NCBI GenBank assembly: GCA_016202725.1
Contig: JACQOD010000055.1
Span: forward strand, 1-29,089
Direction of reading: 5' to 3'
Origin: Candidatus Aenigmatarchaeota archaeon
GTDB lineage: Archaea > Aenigmatarchaeota > Aenigmatarchaeia > QMZP01
Length of the DNA stretch: 29,089 nucleotides
Position 1 is the stretch's first letter. Every line of letters starts with the position of its first letter. The notes beneath the pieces were generated by a model. It saw only the letters and a program-made list of their open reading frames with translations. It was not told the DNA's origin and made no database searches. This document shows, in pieces, positions 1 to 8,972 of this stretch. A program made the position numbers and the translations under genes.

Positions 1-17
1 CTCCTGTTGGGTGAGCA

Positions 18-136
18 TGGACCGGCCGGGATTTGAACCCGGAGCCTCCGCGAGCTTCGGCGCTTTTGGCCAATTCCAAGAGCGCGTGCGAACGCGGCAT
101 CATTCCGGCGCTGCGTTACCGTTAGACCACCGGCCC
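18..136 (-). tRNA. tRNA-Ala(CGC) with two introns (D-loop 104-115; 37/38 54-86)
   Basis: Manual fold: acceptor GGGCCGG/CCGGTCC with the G3:U70 Ala determinant, T-arm CCGGG-TTCAAAT-CCCGG, anticodon CGC at 88-90. The 33-nt 37/38 intron forms a perfect BHB (TTCG/CGAA helix). The 12-nt D-loop intron has a relaxed BHB (CGGT/GCCG). Confidence 0.93.
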
Positions 137-204
137 AGTGTGTATGCTTGCGCACTGGGGTATTAATGTTGCATCTCTTTTAAGCTGGCGCGCCAACCTT
201 CCCT

Positions 205-762
205 ATGGTCTTTGACCTCTTCACGCTGGTGGAAGGGTTCTGGTTCTTCCTCCCCGCCTACGGCGCCAATGGATTGGCCCCGCTGGTGAAGTACCTGCCT
301 GCGCGCCATCGCATGGACGGGGGACGGCAGTGGCGGGGCAAGCCCCTGCTGGGGGAGGGGAAGAGCTGGGAGGGCTTCGCCCTCGGCACGCTGGTGGCTA
401 TCCTGGTCTCGCTCATCCAGCTGGCGGCCTTCCCCTCCCTTCCCTGGAGCCTGTCGGAGCAGCAGGGGGTGACCCTCCACATCGCCCCGATGGGCCCCCT
501 ATTGGGCCTGCTGCTCGGCCTGGGCGCCATGGGGGCTGATGCCTTGAAGAGCATCGTGAAACGGCAGCTGCGCCTGGCGAGGGGATCGCCCCTCCCGCTG
601 GTGGACCAGGACGACTTCATCCTGGGGTCGTTCCTGCTGGCTGGCTTGCTGGTGCCCGCGGCACTGTCCTGGCTGGTCCTGTTCCTGGTGATCACCCCGG
701 CGGTCCACTTCGCCACCTGCTTCCTCGGCTTCCGCCTCGGGATCAAGAAAGAGCCGTGGTGA
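205..762 (+). CDS. carS: CDP-archaeol synthase (CDP-2,3-bis-(O-geranylgeranyl)-sn-glycerol synthase)
   Basis: PAYxAN, DGG...G.GKSWEG and D..KS..KR....RG..LPLVDQ.DF motifs; hydrophobic 185 aa. Confidence 0.9.
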   Translation: MVFDLFTLVEGFWFFLPAYGANGLAPLVKYLPARHRMDGGRQWRGKPLLGEGKSWEGFALGTLVAILVSLIQLAAFPSLPWSLSEQQGVTLHIAPMGPLLGLLLGLGAMGADALKSIVKRQLRLARGSPLPLVDQDDFILGSFLLAGLLVPAALSWLVLFLVITPAVHFATCFLGFRLGIKKEPW

Positions 763-814
763 GCGGTCGCCGTTTCCTGCGACCGGGAAGCGCTTTGTCA
801 GGCACGTCCCGCCT

Positions 815-1600
815 TCACGTCGCTGGTCCCTCTAGCACGGCCTTCTGCTGCTCGCCCCGCTTCCGGCGGAGCAGCCTCCTCCCCGGGAGGCGGACCTTTC
901 GGCGGCGCTGCCGGGGGGCCTGCGGCTCGGGGAGGGCGGGGCGGACCTTGTCCCAGACCAGCTCTGCAATCGTTTGGGGAGGGAGCATGCGCCCGCTCCA
1001 GACGCACTCCACCATCTGCCATCCCTCGGACCTGGCGAGGTCCATGTAGGCATGCTCCGCTGCACGGAGGTGGGCGGTGTCCTGCTCGTGGATGTCCCTC
1101 TTCTTCCCGCGCAGGTGCTTGCGGGGCGGCTTTTTCCCCACCAGCAGCCGCCCGATCTCGGGAGGCACCTTCAGGAGAATCGTCACGTCCGGCTTGGGGA
1201 TGCCCAGCTTGCCGTACTCCAGGTCCTTGATCCACTGGACCACCCTGCCCCTCTCCTTGAGGTCGGGGATCTTCGCCCCCTGGTGGGCGAGGCTGGCGGA
1301 CACGTACCTATTCGAGACTACAATGTCCCCCGCCCCCAGCCACTTCCTGAGCTGGTCGCGGGAGGCCAGGCGGTCCATCGCGAAGCACACTGCAGCAGCA
1401 TAGGGCCCCACCTGCTGGGCCGTTCCCCATTCCCCCCGGAGGTATTTCTCGACGAAGGCCGCGGACCACCGCCCGTACTGGGGAAAATCCGCCTGCCGGA
1501 CGCGGTAGCCGTGCTGGCGCAGCCGCTGCGCCAGGAGGTGGGCCTGGGTGGCCTTCCCCGAACCGTCAATGCCTTCCAGCACGATCAGCTTGCCGCGCAT
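815..1600 (-). CDS. tmk: Thymidylate kinase with basic C-terminal extension
   Basis: IVLEGIDGSGKATQ P-loop, FAMDR, NRY..S.LA.QG and PKPDVTILL motifs. Confidence 0.93.
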   Translation of the reverse strand: MRGKLIVLEGIDGSGKATQAHLLAQRLRQHGYRVRQADFPQYGRWSAAFVEKYLRGEWGTAQQVGPYAAAVCFAMDRLASRDQLRKWLGAGDIVVSNRYVSASLAHQGAKIPDLKERGRVVQWIKDLEYGKLGIPKPDVTILLKVPPEIGRLLVGKKPPRKHLRGKKRDIHEQDTAHLRAAEHAYMDLARSEGWQMVECVWSGRMLPPQTIAELVWDKVRPALPEPQAPRQRRRKVRLPGRRLLRRKRGEQQKAVLEGPAT

Positions 1601-2810
1601 AGATCTCCTCCCGGCGGAACCAGAGCGCGATCTCCTTCTCTGCTTCCAGCAGGTTGCCGGAGGCGTGCACGAGGTTCCTGACCGGCCGCTGCTCGCGGTT
1701 GGCCTGGAGGATGGTGTCCTGGCCGAGATCCCCCCGGAGGGTGCCCTTCTTCGCCTGGGCGGGGTCGGTATACCCGGTGATGTCCCTGACCTTCTGGATG
1801 CCGCCAGGGCCTTCCAGCACCATGGCCGCCACCGGCCCGGAAGTCATATAGTCGCGCATGCCCCGCACGATCATCAGGCCCTGCTGGCGGTAGTCCCTGA
1901 CCTTGTCGCCGGCAGCTTCGCTCTTCTTCCCCAGCGAGACCAGGTACCCATCCTCTTCGGGATAGTGCTGGGCGATGAGCCTCTTGTCCGGGATGAACAG
2001 CCTGAGCGCCAGCAGCCTGAGACCTCCCCCCTCATACCGGCGGATGATCTCTCCCGTCAGCCCGCGTTGCACGCCGTCAGGCTTCACCACGACCAGGGTC
2101 CGCTCCAGGCCTCCCAGGGAGCCTTCAGGGGCCGCATACCTGCCGGTCCGCCGGCTGCCCTGGATGAGGGCGAGGATGGCGGGAACCATCTCCTCCGGGC
2201 TGCCCGTGACGTCGAAGTCCTTCAGCTTCCCCTGCTGGCGGTAGTGCTGGATGAGCGGGGCGGTCTCCTGGTGGTAGATCTCCAGGCGCTTGCGCACGAT
2301 TGCCTCCTGGTCGTCCGGGCGCTGGACGAGCTTGCCGCCGCAGTCACATTTCCCGGGGGTTTTGGGGAGCAGGGGAGGCATCCGGATGCCCTGCTCCCGG
2401 ATGTCCGCAAGGTTGTAGGTCCTCCCGCAGCTGCCGCAGACGCGCCGGGCGGTGATCTTCTGCACGAGCACGCTCTCCTTGAGCTGGATGTTCACGGCCA
2501 GGTCCAGGGACCCGAGCTTCTCCAGCAGGCGGGCCTGTTCCAGGTTCCGGGGGAAGCCGTCCAGCAGGAAGCCCTGCTTGGCATCGGGCTTCTGCAGCCG
2601 CTGCCTGAGCATCCGGAAGATGGTTTCGTCGTGCACGAGCTTGCCCGCCTCCATGTAGGCCTTGACCTCCCTGCCGATGGCGCCGCCCGCCTGCACTTCC
2701 GCTCTAACCAGGTCCCCGGTCGAGATGTGGGGGATGCCCAGTTGGGGAGCAATCCGCGAGGCGTACGTCCCCTTCCCCACGCCGGGCGCGCCGAGAAACA
2801 TGAGCCGCAT
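1566..2810 (-). CDS. adk-ndk: Adenylate kinase (long, Cys-containing LID) fused to nucleoside diphosphate kinase
   Basis: GAPGVGKGT, HISTGDL, LLDGFPR and CxxC LID, then ERTLVVVKPDGVQRGL...RNLVHASG (catalytic His) in one frame with a short linker. Confidence 0.88.
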   Translation of the reverse strand: MRLMFLGAPGVGKGTYASRIAPQLGIPHISTGDLVRAEVQAGGAIGREVKAYMEAGKLVHDETIFRMLRQRLQKPDAKQGFLLDGFPRNLEQARLLEKLGSLDLAVNIQLKESVLVQKITARRVCGSCGRTYNLADIREQGIRMPPLLPKTPGKCDCGGKLVQRPDDQEAIVRKRLEIYHQETAPLIQHYRQQGKLKDFDVTGSPEEMVPAILALIQGSRRTGRYAAPEGSLGGLERTLVVVKPDGVQRGLTGEIIRRYEGGGLRLLALRLFIPDKRLIAQHYPEEDGYLVSLGKKSEAAGDKVRDYRQQGLMIVRGMRDYMTSGPVAAMVLEGPGGIQKVRDITGYTDPAQAKKGTLRGDLGQDTILQANREQRPVRNLVHASGNLLEAEKEIALWFRREEIYARQADRAGRH

Positions 2811-3569
2811 ATGGCTCCCTTCTTGGCTGCTGCGCTTAAATGTTGCAGGGGGTCGGCTGGCAGAATCCGGCATCTCCTGCCGGGAGAATGCGCGGCTCGA
2901 CTCATCCTGCGCGAATGCTACCCCTTCCCGCGGCAGCGGCGGCGCATCCGCCCTGCGCGGGAGGACGACCTCCTTCTTCAGGGCGCGTCCGCGGTCCCTT
3001 CCCCGGCTTTCCTCCCGGCCCCCGCCGCCCCTCGGGACAGCTCCCCATGCCCGCATGAGCGCGTCCAGCTGCCGCTGCAGCTGCGGGAGGGAGCCGTCGT
3101 TCCGCAGGAAGGCGTTCCCCATGGCGAAGGTTTTCGGGAACTGGAACTGCTGCTCCTCCCGGCGGTCCTGCTCCCGGAAGGCTTCCCAGCTGGCAGGCCG
3201 GTCGCGCGGGCGCTGGCGGAGCCGTTCATACCTGACCCGCTCGCTGGCCTCCACGACCAGCAGCCTGGCCTGGGGGAACGCTTTCCTGGTCAGCTGCCAC
3301 TCCTCCGGCCGCCGGAGGGAGCCTATCAGGACCCGGTCAGGCCTGCGGGCCCTGATTTCCTGCAGGATCCGCTCCGCGGTGAAGGTGGGGCCGCGTTCCT
3401 GCCGGAGGGCGCGTTTCTCCTCCCGGATTTCTGGCCTGCCCAGCTCCCGCAGGATCTGCCCCAGGATCTGGGAATGGTCCAGCAGGGTGAAACCATACCG
3501 CGCGCAAAGGTAGCGGGCGACCACGTCCTTGCCCGACCCGATCTCGCCGGTCACGCCCACGATCAGCAT
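2811..3569 (-). CDS. Dephospho-CoA-kinase-like P-loop kinase domain; no stop codon before adk (whole ORF 1566..3569)
   Basis: IVGVTGEIGSGKD, LRRPEE, R.ERL..R and LRNDGSL motifs of the COG0237-like family, followed by about 70 aa of low-complexity read-through. Confidence 0.75.
2835..2841 (-). promoter_or_regulatory. TATA-like box for adk-ndk inside the upstream ORF
   Basis: ATTTAAG 25-31 bp upstream of the adk ATG, in GC-rich context. Confidence 0.45.
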
Positions 3570-3669
3570 GCTCCTCTTTGGGGGCAGGGAAAGAAATACC
3601 TGGTCGCGGAAGGAATGCGCAGGGCAGGATGCTGATGTCGGCCCTTCCCACCCGGTTCCTGGCTCTACC

Positions 3670-4614
3670 TCACCGCTGCGGCAGGAACTTCGTGAGCAGG
3701 GCTTCCAGCTGGATCTCTTCCGAGCCGCCCTGGTTCAGCCTGAACTCGGTCTCCCCGACCTTGTCCACCAGCTCAAGCTTGCGCCCCTCCGGGAGATCCA
3801 GGTCAAAGACCTCCTTGTGGATGGCCTGGATGAGGTCGTCCCCGGCCAGGCCCTGCTCCACCAGGAGGGAGCGGAGTTTCTTGCGCGCGTCCTGGAACTT
3901 CCCCGCCAGGGCCAGGTGGAGCATCTCCCGGACGTCTTTGGGCTGGGCCCGCGAGGCCACCTCGTAGACCTGGGCACGGCCCACGGTCCCGCTGGCGGAT
4001 GCGGCCTGCAGGAGGTTGGTGGCCTTCCGGAGGTCCCCTTCGGAGATCTCGAAGATGGCGTCGATCCCCTCCTGCGGGAGCGTGACTCCTTCCTTTTCAG
4101 CCACGCGGCGGAGGAAGCGCCCCACATCCTCCGCGGACAGGCGCTTGAACCGGAAGACCGCGCACCGGGACTGGATGGGCTCGATGAGCCTGGAGGAGTA
4201 GTTGCAGGACAGGATGAAGCGGGTCACCTTGGAGAACTTCTCCATGGTCCTCCTCAGGGCCTGCTGCGCCTCCGGAGTGAGGGCGTCGGATTCGTCCAGA
4301 AAGATGATCTTGGCATCGCTTCCGAGGGTCTTCATGCGCGCGAACTCCTTGATGGTCTCGCGCACCACCTGGATCCCACGTTCATCACTGGCGTTAAGTT
4401 CTAGGAAGTTCTCCCGCCACCTCTCCCCGAACAGCTCCTTCGCCAGGGCGATGGAGACCGTGGTCTTGCCCGTTCCCGCGGGACCGGCGAAGAGCATGTG
4501 GGGGATGCTCCCCTCCTTCACCCACGCCTTCAGCCTGCCGACCACGTGGGTCTGGTTGATGACCTGGTCCAGGCGCTCTGGCCGGTATTTCTCGGTCCAG
4601 ATCTCGAGGGGCAT
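3670..4614 (-). CDS. rfcS: Replication factor C small subunit (no intein)
   Basis: WTEKYRP, GPAGTGKTT, LELNASDERGI, LDESDALT and SRC motifs. Confidence 0.97.
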   Translation of the reverse strand: MPLEIWTEKYRPERLDQVINQTHVVGRLKAWVKEGSIPHMLFAGPAGTGKTTVSIALAKELFGERWRENFLELNASDERGIQVVRETIKEFARMKTLGSDAKIIFLDESDALTPEAQQALRRTMEKFSKVTRFILSCNYSSRLIEPIQSRCAVFRFKRLSAEDVGRFLRRVAEKEGVTLPQEGIDAIFEISEGDLRKATNLLQAASASGTVGRAQVYEVASRAQPKDVREMLHLALAGKFQDARKKLRSLLVEQGLAGDDLIQAIHKEVFDLDLPEGRKLELVDKVGETEFRLNQGGSEEIQLEALLTKFLPQR

Positions 4615-4759
4615 ATCCCCCTCTGGTCGGCCAGCAATTTAAAGGGTGGTCATGCGGGGCGTCCATGTCGTGGTGATGACCGCCGCGACAGAAGCTGCCA
4701 CGGGGGGATTCTGCAAGGGGCCCACCAAGGTACATATACTCCGCCTCCAAGACTCTGGC

Positions 4760-5224
4760 ATGAGGATCGCGATCACCGGGACACCCGGAACGGGCAAGAC
4801 TGCGGTTGCCAGGCTCCTGGCCCGCAGGCTGGGTTACCGCTACGTGGACCTGAAGCTGCTGGCTGAGAAGAAGGGGGCAGTCTGCGGGTACGACCGCTCG
4901 CGCAGGAGCAAGATCGTGGACGTCGCCCTGCTGGAGAAGGTCCTTCCTCCCGGGGATCTGGTCCTGGACGGGCACTTCTCGCATGAGCTGGAGGCGGATG
5001 GGGTGGTGGTCCTGCGGACCGCGGTGGAGGAACTCGCCAGGCGCCTGCGCGCGCGCGGCTGGCCTGCCCGGAAGGTCAGGGAGAACCTCCAAGCCGAGAT
5101 CTTCAACGTCTGCGGGGAGGAGGCTGCCGCCCTGCACCGGCAGGTGCTGGAGCTGGACACCACCCGCCTGAAGTCAGCCGCGACGGCTGCAGCTGCGGCG
5201 AAATGGATTGCCACTCTCAAGTAG
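4760..5224 (+). CDS. Adenylate kinase 6 (Fap7/hCINAP family)
   Basis: ITGTPGTGKT, DGHFSH, L.RRL.ARGW...KVREN motifs; ATG at 4760. Confidence 0.88.
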   Translation: MRIAITGTPGTGKTAVARLLARRLGYRYVDLKLLAEKKGAVCGYDRSRRSKIVDVALLEKVLPPGDLVLDGHFSHELEADGVVVLRTAVEELARRLRARGWPARKVRENLQAEIFNVCGEEAAALHRQVLELDTTRLKSAATAAAAAKWIATLK

Positions 5225-5234
5225 GGAAAAAAGC

Positions 5235-5242
5235 TTTTTAAA
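5235..5242 (+). promoter_or_regulatory. TATA box for htpX
   Basis: TTTTTAAA ending about 20 bp upstream of ATG 5263. Confidence 0.55.
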
Positions 5243-5262
5243 CCCGCTGGCCAAGTTTGGGC

Positions 5263-6069
5263 ATGAGTACGGTGGTCTTCGTGGGGACCCTGGCGGGTTT
5301 GCTGCTCAGCCTGGGCTGGCTCCTGGGGGGCCTGGACGGCCTGGCCGGCGGCGCTGTCCTGAGCATCCTCCTGCTGGGCTCCGGGAGGGCCTACGGCCAG
5401 CAGGCCCTGCTCAAGCTCACGCACGCGCGCCCCCTCCAGGACCCGCGGGTCGAGAGGATGCTGGTGAAGATCGCCTACGAGGCGAAGATCCTCGTCCCCC
5501 GCCTTTACCTGGCGCCCATGGCGATCCAGAACGCCTTCTCCACGGGCAGTTCCGAGGGGAATGCGGGGATCATCGTGTCCGAGGGCCTGCTCGCGCTCCC
5601 GGATGACGAACTCGCCGCCGTGCTGGCCCACGAGGTCGCCCACATCAAGCACGGGGACATGGCCGTCTACACCCTGGCGGCCTTCCTGATGGCGCCCCTG
5701 TCCCGCGCGGCAGCGTGGGGGCACCTGCAGCTCAACGAGGACCGCCGCCGCAACTTCCTGGGCATCCTGGTGATGGCGCCCGCTGCGGCGGTGGCATCGT
5801 TCTTCGTCCGCATGGCGACCGAGCGCGAGCGGGAGTACCGGGCCGACTGGACCGGCGCCCTCCTCCTGCGGAAGCCCGAGGCCATGGCGTCGGCGGTCCG
5901 CATGCTCACCGCCTCCGCGCGCCAGCGTCCTGTCCGCGGCGTTCCTTCGACCTCGCACCTCTGGTTCGTCAACCCCTTCCCCACCAGCTGGCTGCACAGC
6001 CTGTTCACCGCCCATCCGGAGGCGGAGCGGCGCATCGAGCGCCTGGAAGTCCTCGCGCCGCTGGGGTAG
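5263..6069 (+). CDS. htpX: Zinc metalloprotease HtpX (M48)
   Basis: NAFSTG, AHEVAH, REYRAD and HP..E.RI motifs; N-terminal TM segments. Confidence 0.9.
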   Translation: MSTVVFVGTLAGLLLSLGWLLGGLDGLAGGAVLSILLLGSGRAYGQQALLKLTHARPLQDPRVERMLVKIAYEAKILVPRLYLAPMAIQNAFSTGSSEGNAGIIVSEGLLALPDDELAAVLAHEVAHIKHGDMAVYTLAAFLMAPLSRAAAWGHLQLNEDRRRNFLGILVMAPAAAVASFFVRMATEREREYRADWTGALLLRKPEAMASAVRMLTASARQRPVRGVPSTSHLWFVNPFPTSWLHSLFTAHPEAERRIERLEVLAPLG

Positions 6070-6147
6070 GGAGAGTCAAGCCTTCCCGGTGGGCCGCACC
6101 TGTGCAGTCGGTGCGGGAACGGCACGCTCCAGGCCGCCTCCACGACC

Positions 6148-6153
6148 TTATAA
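6148..6153 (+). promoter_or_regulatory. TATA box for squalene/phytoene synthase
   Basis: TTATAA ending about 24 bp upstream of ATG 6177. Confidence 0.5.
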
Positions 6154-6176
6154 TCTTGCGCGGACAAACTCTCCTG

Positions 6177-7148
6177 ATGATCGACAAGGCGCTGCACTAC
6201 TGCAGGTCAGCCCTCCAGAATGTCTCCCGCTCCTTCGCCCTGACCATTCCCCTGGTGGAGAAGAACATCCTGGTCCCCATCCTGGTGGGCTACCTGGAGG
6301 CCAGGATTATGGACTCCTTCGAGGACGAGGGCGTTGCCCCTGCAAAGGAGCGGGTCCGCCACATCCGGAAGGTCCTCCAGGTGATCCAGGACCCGGACAG
6401 CCGCCGCACGGCCCGGCGCGTGCAGGAGCTCGTCGCCGTGGCGTCCGACCTGGTCGCCAATCCCCACTACCTCGACCTGGCGAAGAACATGGGGACGGTC
6501 CTTGACCTCCACCGCACGATGGATCCGCGGGCCCAGCTGGCCCTCGCCCGGTGGCTGGGGACCATGGGCGAAGGGATGGAGAAGTACCTGGGGAAATCCA
6601 TCCAGACCTTCGCCGACCTGGACGACTACTGCTACTACGTGGGCGGCACGGTTGGCGCCCTGCTCACCGAATTGGTGGCCATGCAGAGCACCGCCCTGAC
6701 CCCCGGCCAGCACACGGTCCTCCAGCGGCACTGGAACGACTTCGGCCTCTTCCTCCAGAAGGTGAACATCATCCGGGACTTCCGGCACGACCTCCTCGCG
6801 GGCGAGAAGCTCTTCTGGCCGCGGGAGGTCTTCGCCGCGCAGGGCATCTCTCCCCAGGAGGCCCTCCTCCCGGTCCATCAGGACCGCGCCCTGGCAGCCC
6901 TGGACCAGATGGTCCAGAAGACCCAGCACCACGCCCCCGCGGTGCGGGAGTACATCCGGGCCATCCCTGCCGACTATCCGGGCTTCCGGAACTCCTCGAT
7001 CATCAACTTCCTCCTCGGCGAGGAAACCCTCGCCCGCGTCCGGGGGAATCCCGACGTCTTCTACGGGGAGCCGGTCAAGGTGGAGCGGGCCTGCGTGGAC
7101 CGTATCCTCGCCGACCCGTGGGCGCAGTTCTGCGCCAGCGGGAATTAG
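6177..7148 (+). CDS. Squalene/phytoene synthase family (head-to-head prenyl synthase)
   Basis: VSRSFAL, YL.AR.MDSFED, LDDYCYYVGGTVG, FGLFLQKVNIIRDFRHD motifs. The stop TAG is made of TSD bases TA plus the first G of a MITE. Confidence 0.85.
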   Translation: MIDKALHYCRSALQNVSRSFALTIPLVEKNILVPILVGYLEARIMDSFEDEGVAPAKERVRHIRKVLQVIQDPDSRRTARRVQELVAVASDLVANPHYLDLAKNMGTVLDLHRTMDPRAQLALARWLGTMGEGMEKYLGKSIQTFADLDDYCYYVGGTVGALLTELVAMQSTALTPGQHTVLQRHWNDFGLFLQKVNIIRDFRHDLLAGEKLFWPREVFAAQGISPQEALLPVHQDRALAALDQMVQKTQHHAPAVREYIRAIPADYPGFRNSSIINFLLGEETLARVRGNPDVFYGEPVKVERACVDRILADPWAQFCASGN

Positions 7149-7291
7149 GCGCGGCCGCAAAATAAACTGCCTATTTCCCCGAGCTGGCGGCGAAATCCCG
7201 TTGCTGATAAGCGAATGCCTGCGGATGCGCAATGGCATCATATCCTCGTCCGCGGTCTTGAAGACGGTTCACGTTATTCTGCGGCGACCCC
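7148..7291 (-). mobile_element. MITE family 2 copy a (144 bp, TTA target duplication)
   Basis: Ends GGCGCGGCCGCAAA / TCTGCGGCGACCCC, TTA at 7145-7147 and 7292-7294. Homologous to 9931-10073 and 10682-10827. Confidence 0.85.
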
Positions 7292-7522
7292 TTAGTGACC
7301 CGGGTCCACACCTCCCGGGGGATGGCATGCCGTATCTCCGACACGCGGTTTGGGGGTTCTGTGCGCGCTCCCGTCCGTGCAGATGCCTGCAGGCGGCGGC
7401 GGGTCACCATTGGCGAGACCTGCCGGCAGGAGAAGTGCGGCCTCGTCCTCCAGGGCAGGGGGAGCGGAAAAGACGAACCACTAGGAAGGGGGTGCGCCAC
7501 ACGGCTCCTGCAGGCACAACAC

Positions 7523-7939
7523 TCACTTCTCGCCCCGGAGCAGCGGCAGCACTTCGGGGAGGAGCTCGGGCTTTGCCGCGATGATGTCCGTCGTGGTGAG
7601 GATGCCTTCCAGGCGGCCGTCCTCCACGACCGGGAGCTTCTTGATGTGGTGCGTGCGCATGAGCTCCAGGGCCGCGGCCAGGCGCTCGCGCGGGCCCACG
7701 CTGATGACGTAGTTGGTCATGAGGTCCCCCACGGTGGCGTAGACGACCTCCTTCCCGAGCTGGGCCAGGGCAATCAGCAGGTCGCGCTCGGTGAGGATGC
7801 CCTTCAGGGCGCCTCCGGCCACGACCACGAGGCTGCCCACGTGGTTGTCGGCCATGATGGCCGCGGCCTCCTGCAAGAGCAGGGAAGGATCCACGGTGAT
7901 GACGCGCCGGTGCATGACGTCCTGGACGTGCACGACCAT
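7523..7939 (-). CDS. CBS-domain pair protein
   Basis: V.DVM...VITV, HVGSLVVV..G.L.GILTERD and HHIKKLPVVEDG.L.GILT motifs. Confidence 0.9.
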   Translation of the reverse strand: MVVHVQDVMHRRVITVDPSLLLQEAAAIMADNHVGSLVVVAGGALKGILTERDLLIALAQLGKEVVYATVGDLMTNYVISVGPRERLAAALELMRTHHIKKLPVVEDGRLEGILTTTDIIAAKPELLPEVLPLLRGEK

Positions 7940-7960
7940 GCCTTTTCTTTGCCCCTTACC

Positions 7961-8608
7961 TTAAGAGCCTGGGGGCTGCTCCAGCAGGGCGCGGATCCCC
8001 TTCGCGTGCCCGGCCCCCACGACCGCCACGACCTTCCTCCCGTGGGCGAGGGCGCGCAGCTGCGCGGCCATGTGCCGGTCCCGGTCGGTGATCAGGAGGC
8101 GGTAGAGGGCGGGCAGCCTTTTCTTGAGCTCGGCCAGGGCGAGGTCCACCACTTCCTCCCCCGGCGGGGCGCGGAGGTCCATGCGGCCGACCCCCGCCAG
8201 CCCGGTGAGGGTCAGGGCGCCCAGGGAAAGCTTCTCCTTGAGGGGGAGGGAGCGCAGGCCTTGGAGGAGGTAGCGCGCGTCCCGGTCTATCAGGGCGACG
8301 GGTATGCCCTGCTCCCTGCCCACCTGGACCGCGGTGAGCATCTCCTCCCCGGGGAAGACTCCCAGCTGCTTCCCCAGCCGCTGCTGGAGGGCGTGCAGGA
8401 GCCTGAACAGCAGCGCTCCTCCCATCCCTGCCTCCCGGATGGTGGGCGGCCTGCCTCCCCGCTGGAGGGCCTGCAGCCGGCCAGGATCGAGCTCCACGGC
8501 CACTACTCCCGGTTGCTCCCGGAGGATGGTTTCCCGCACGGCCTGCTGGCTCGCGGCTGCGACATGGGAAACCCCCACCAGCACCACTTCAGCAGCCGTT
8601 CGCCCCAT
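7961..8608 (-). CDS. TraB/GumN-domain protein
   Basis: LVGVSHV, VAVELD..R, PG.EM, L.DRD..MA, VVAVVGAGH..GI motifs. Confidence 0.88.
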   Translation of the reverse strand: MGRTAAEVVLVGVSHVAAASQQAVRETILREQPGVVAVELDPGRLQALQRGGRPPTIREAGMGGALLFRLLHALQQRLGKQLGVFPGEEMLTAVQVGREQGIPVALIDRDARYLLQGLRSLPLKEKLSLGALTLTGLAGVGRMDLRAPPGEEVVDLALAELKKRLPALYRLLITDRDRHMAAQLRALAHGRKVVAVVGAGHAKGIRALLEQPPGS

Positions 8609-8641
8609 AACGCTTTAATACCCCCCGGAGATAAAAGGGGT

Positions 8642-8848
8642 ATGCCCGTCGACAAGCAACTGCTCAAGATCCTTGCCTGCCCCCAGTGCAAGGGCCCGGT
8701 GAAGGAAGAGAAGCTCTTCCTGGCGTGCAAGAAGTGCAAGCTGGCCTACCCGGTCCTGGACGGGGTTCCGGACATGCTCATCCCCGAGGCCTGGCCGCTC
8801 GCCAAGGCCCTGAAAGCCAGATTCACCCACACCCTGAAGCTGGCGTGA
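8642..8848 (+). CDS. trm112: Trm112 family methyltransferase activator
   Basis: LL.ILACP.CKG...C..C.LAYPV.DGVPDML motif. Confidence 0.9.
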   Translation: MPVDKQLLKILACPQCKGPVKEEKLFLACKKCKLAYPVLDGVPDMLIPEAWPLAKALKARFTHTLKLA

Positions 8849-8940
8849 GGGTGGAGGAGCAGGCTTCTGGGCACGCATGCGACTCAGGATCCCCTGCCGG
8901 CCCTTCGCCTGGGAACTCCAGATAAGCACCCGCCCCCGCG

Positions 8941-8948
8941 TTTTTATA
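8941..8948 (+). promoter_or_regulatory. TATA box for tRNA-Ser(UGA)
   Basis: TTTTTATA ending about 25 bp upstream of tRNA position 1. Confidence 0.6.
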
Positions 8949-8972
8949 CCCTCCCGGCCAATTCCATGGTAG

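Noticed and set aside
2848-2973. Possible MITE or ncRNA in the kinase linker (GGGGGTCG / CGACCTCC ends)
   Set aside because: No target duplication, no convincing alignment to families 1-3, and no SRP or RNase P signature.
1548-3635. Long antisense and alternate-frame ORFs (e.g. 1548..3635, 7295..8641, 10770..12302, 21255..23297, 26851..28842)
   Set aside because: Shadow frames of real genes in GC-rich DNA, with no motifs.
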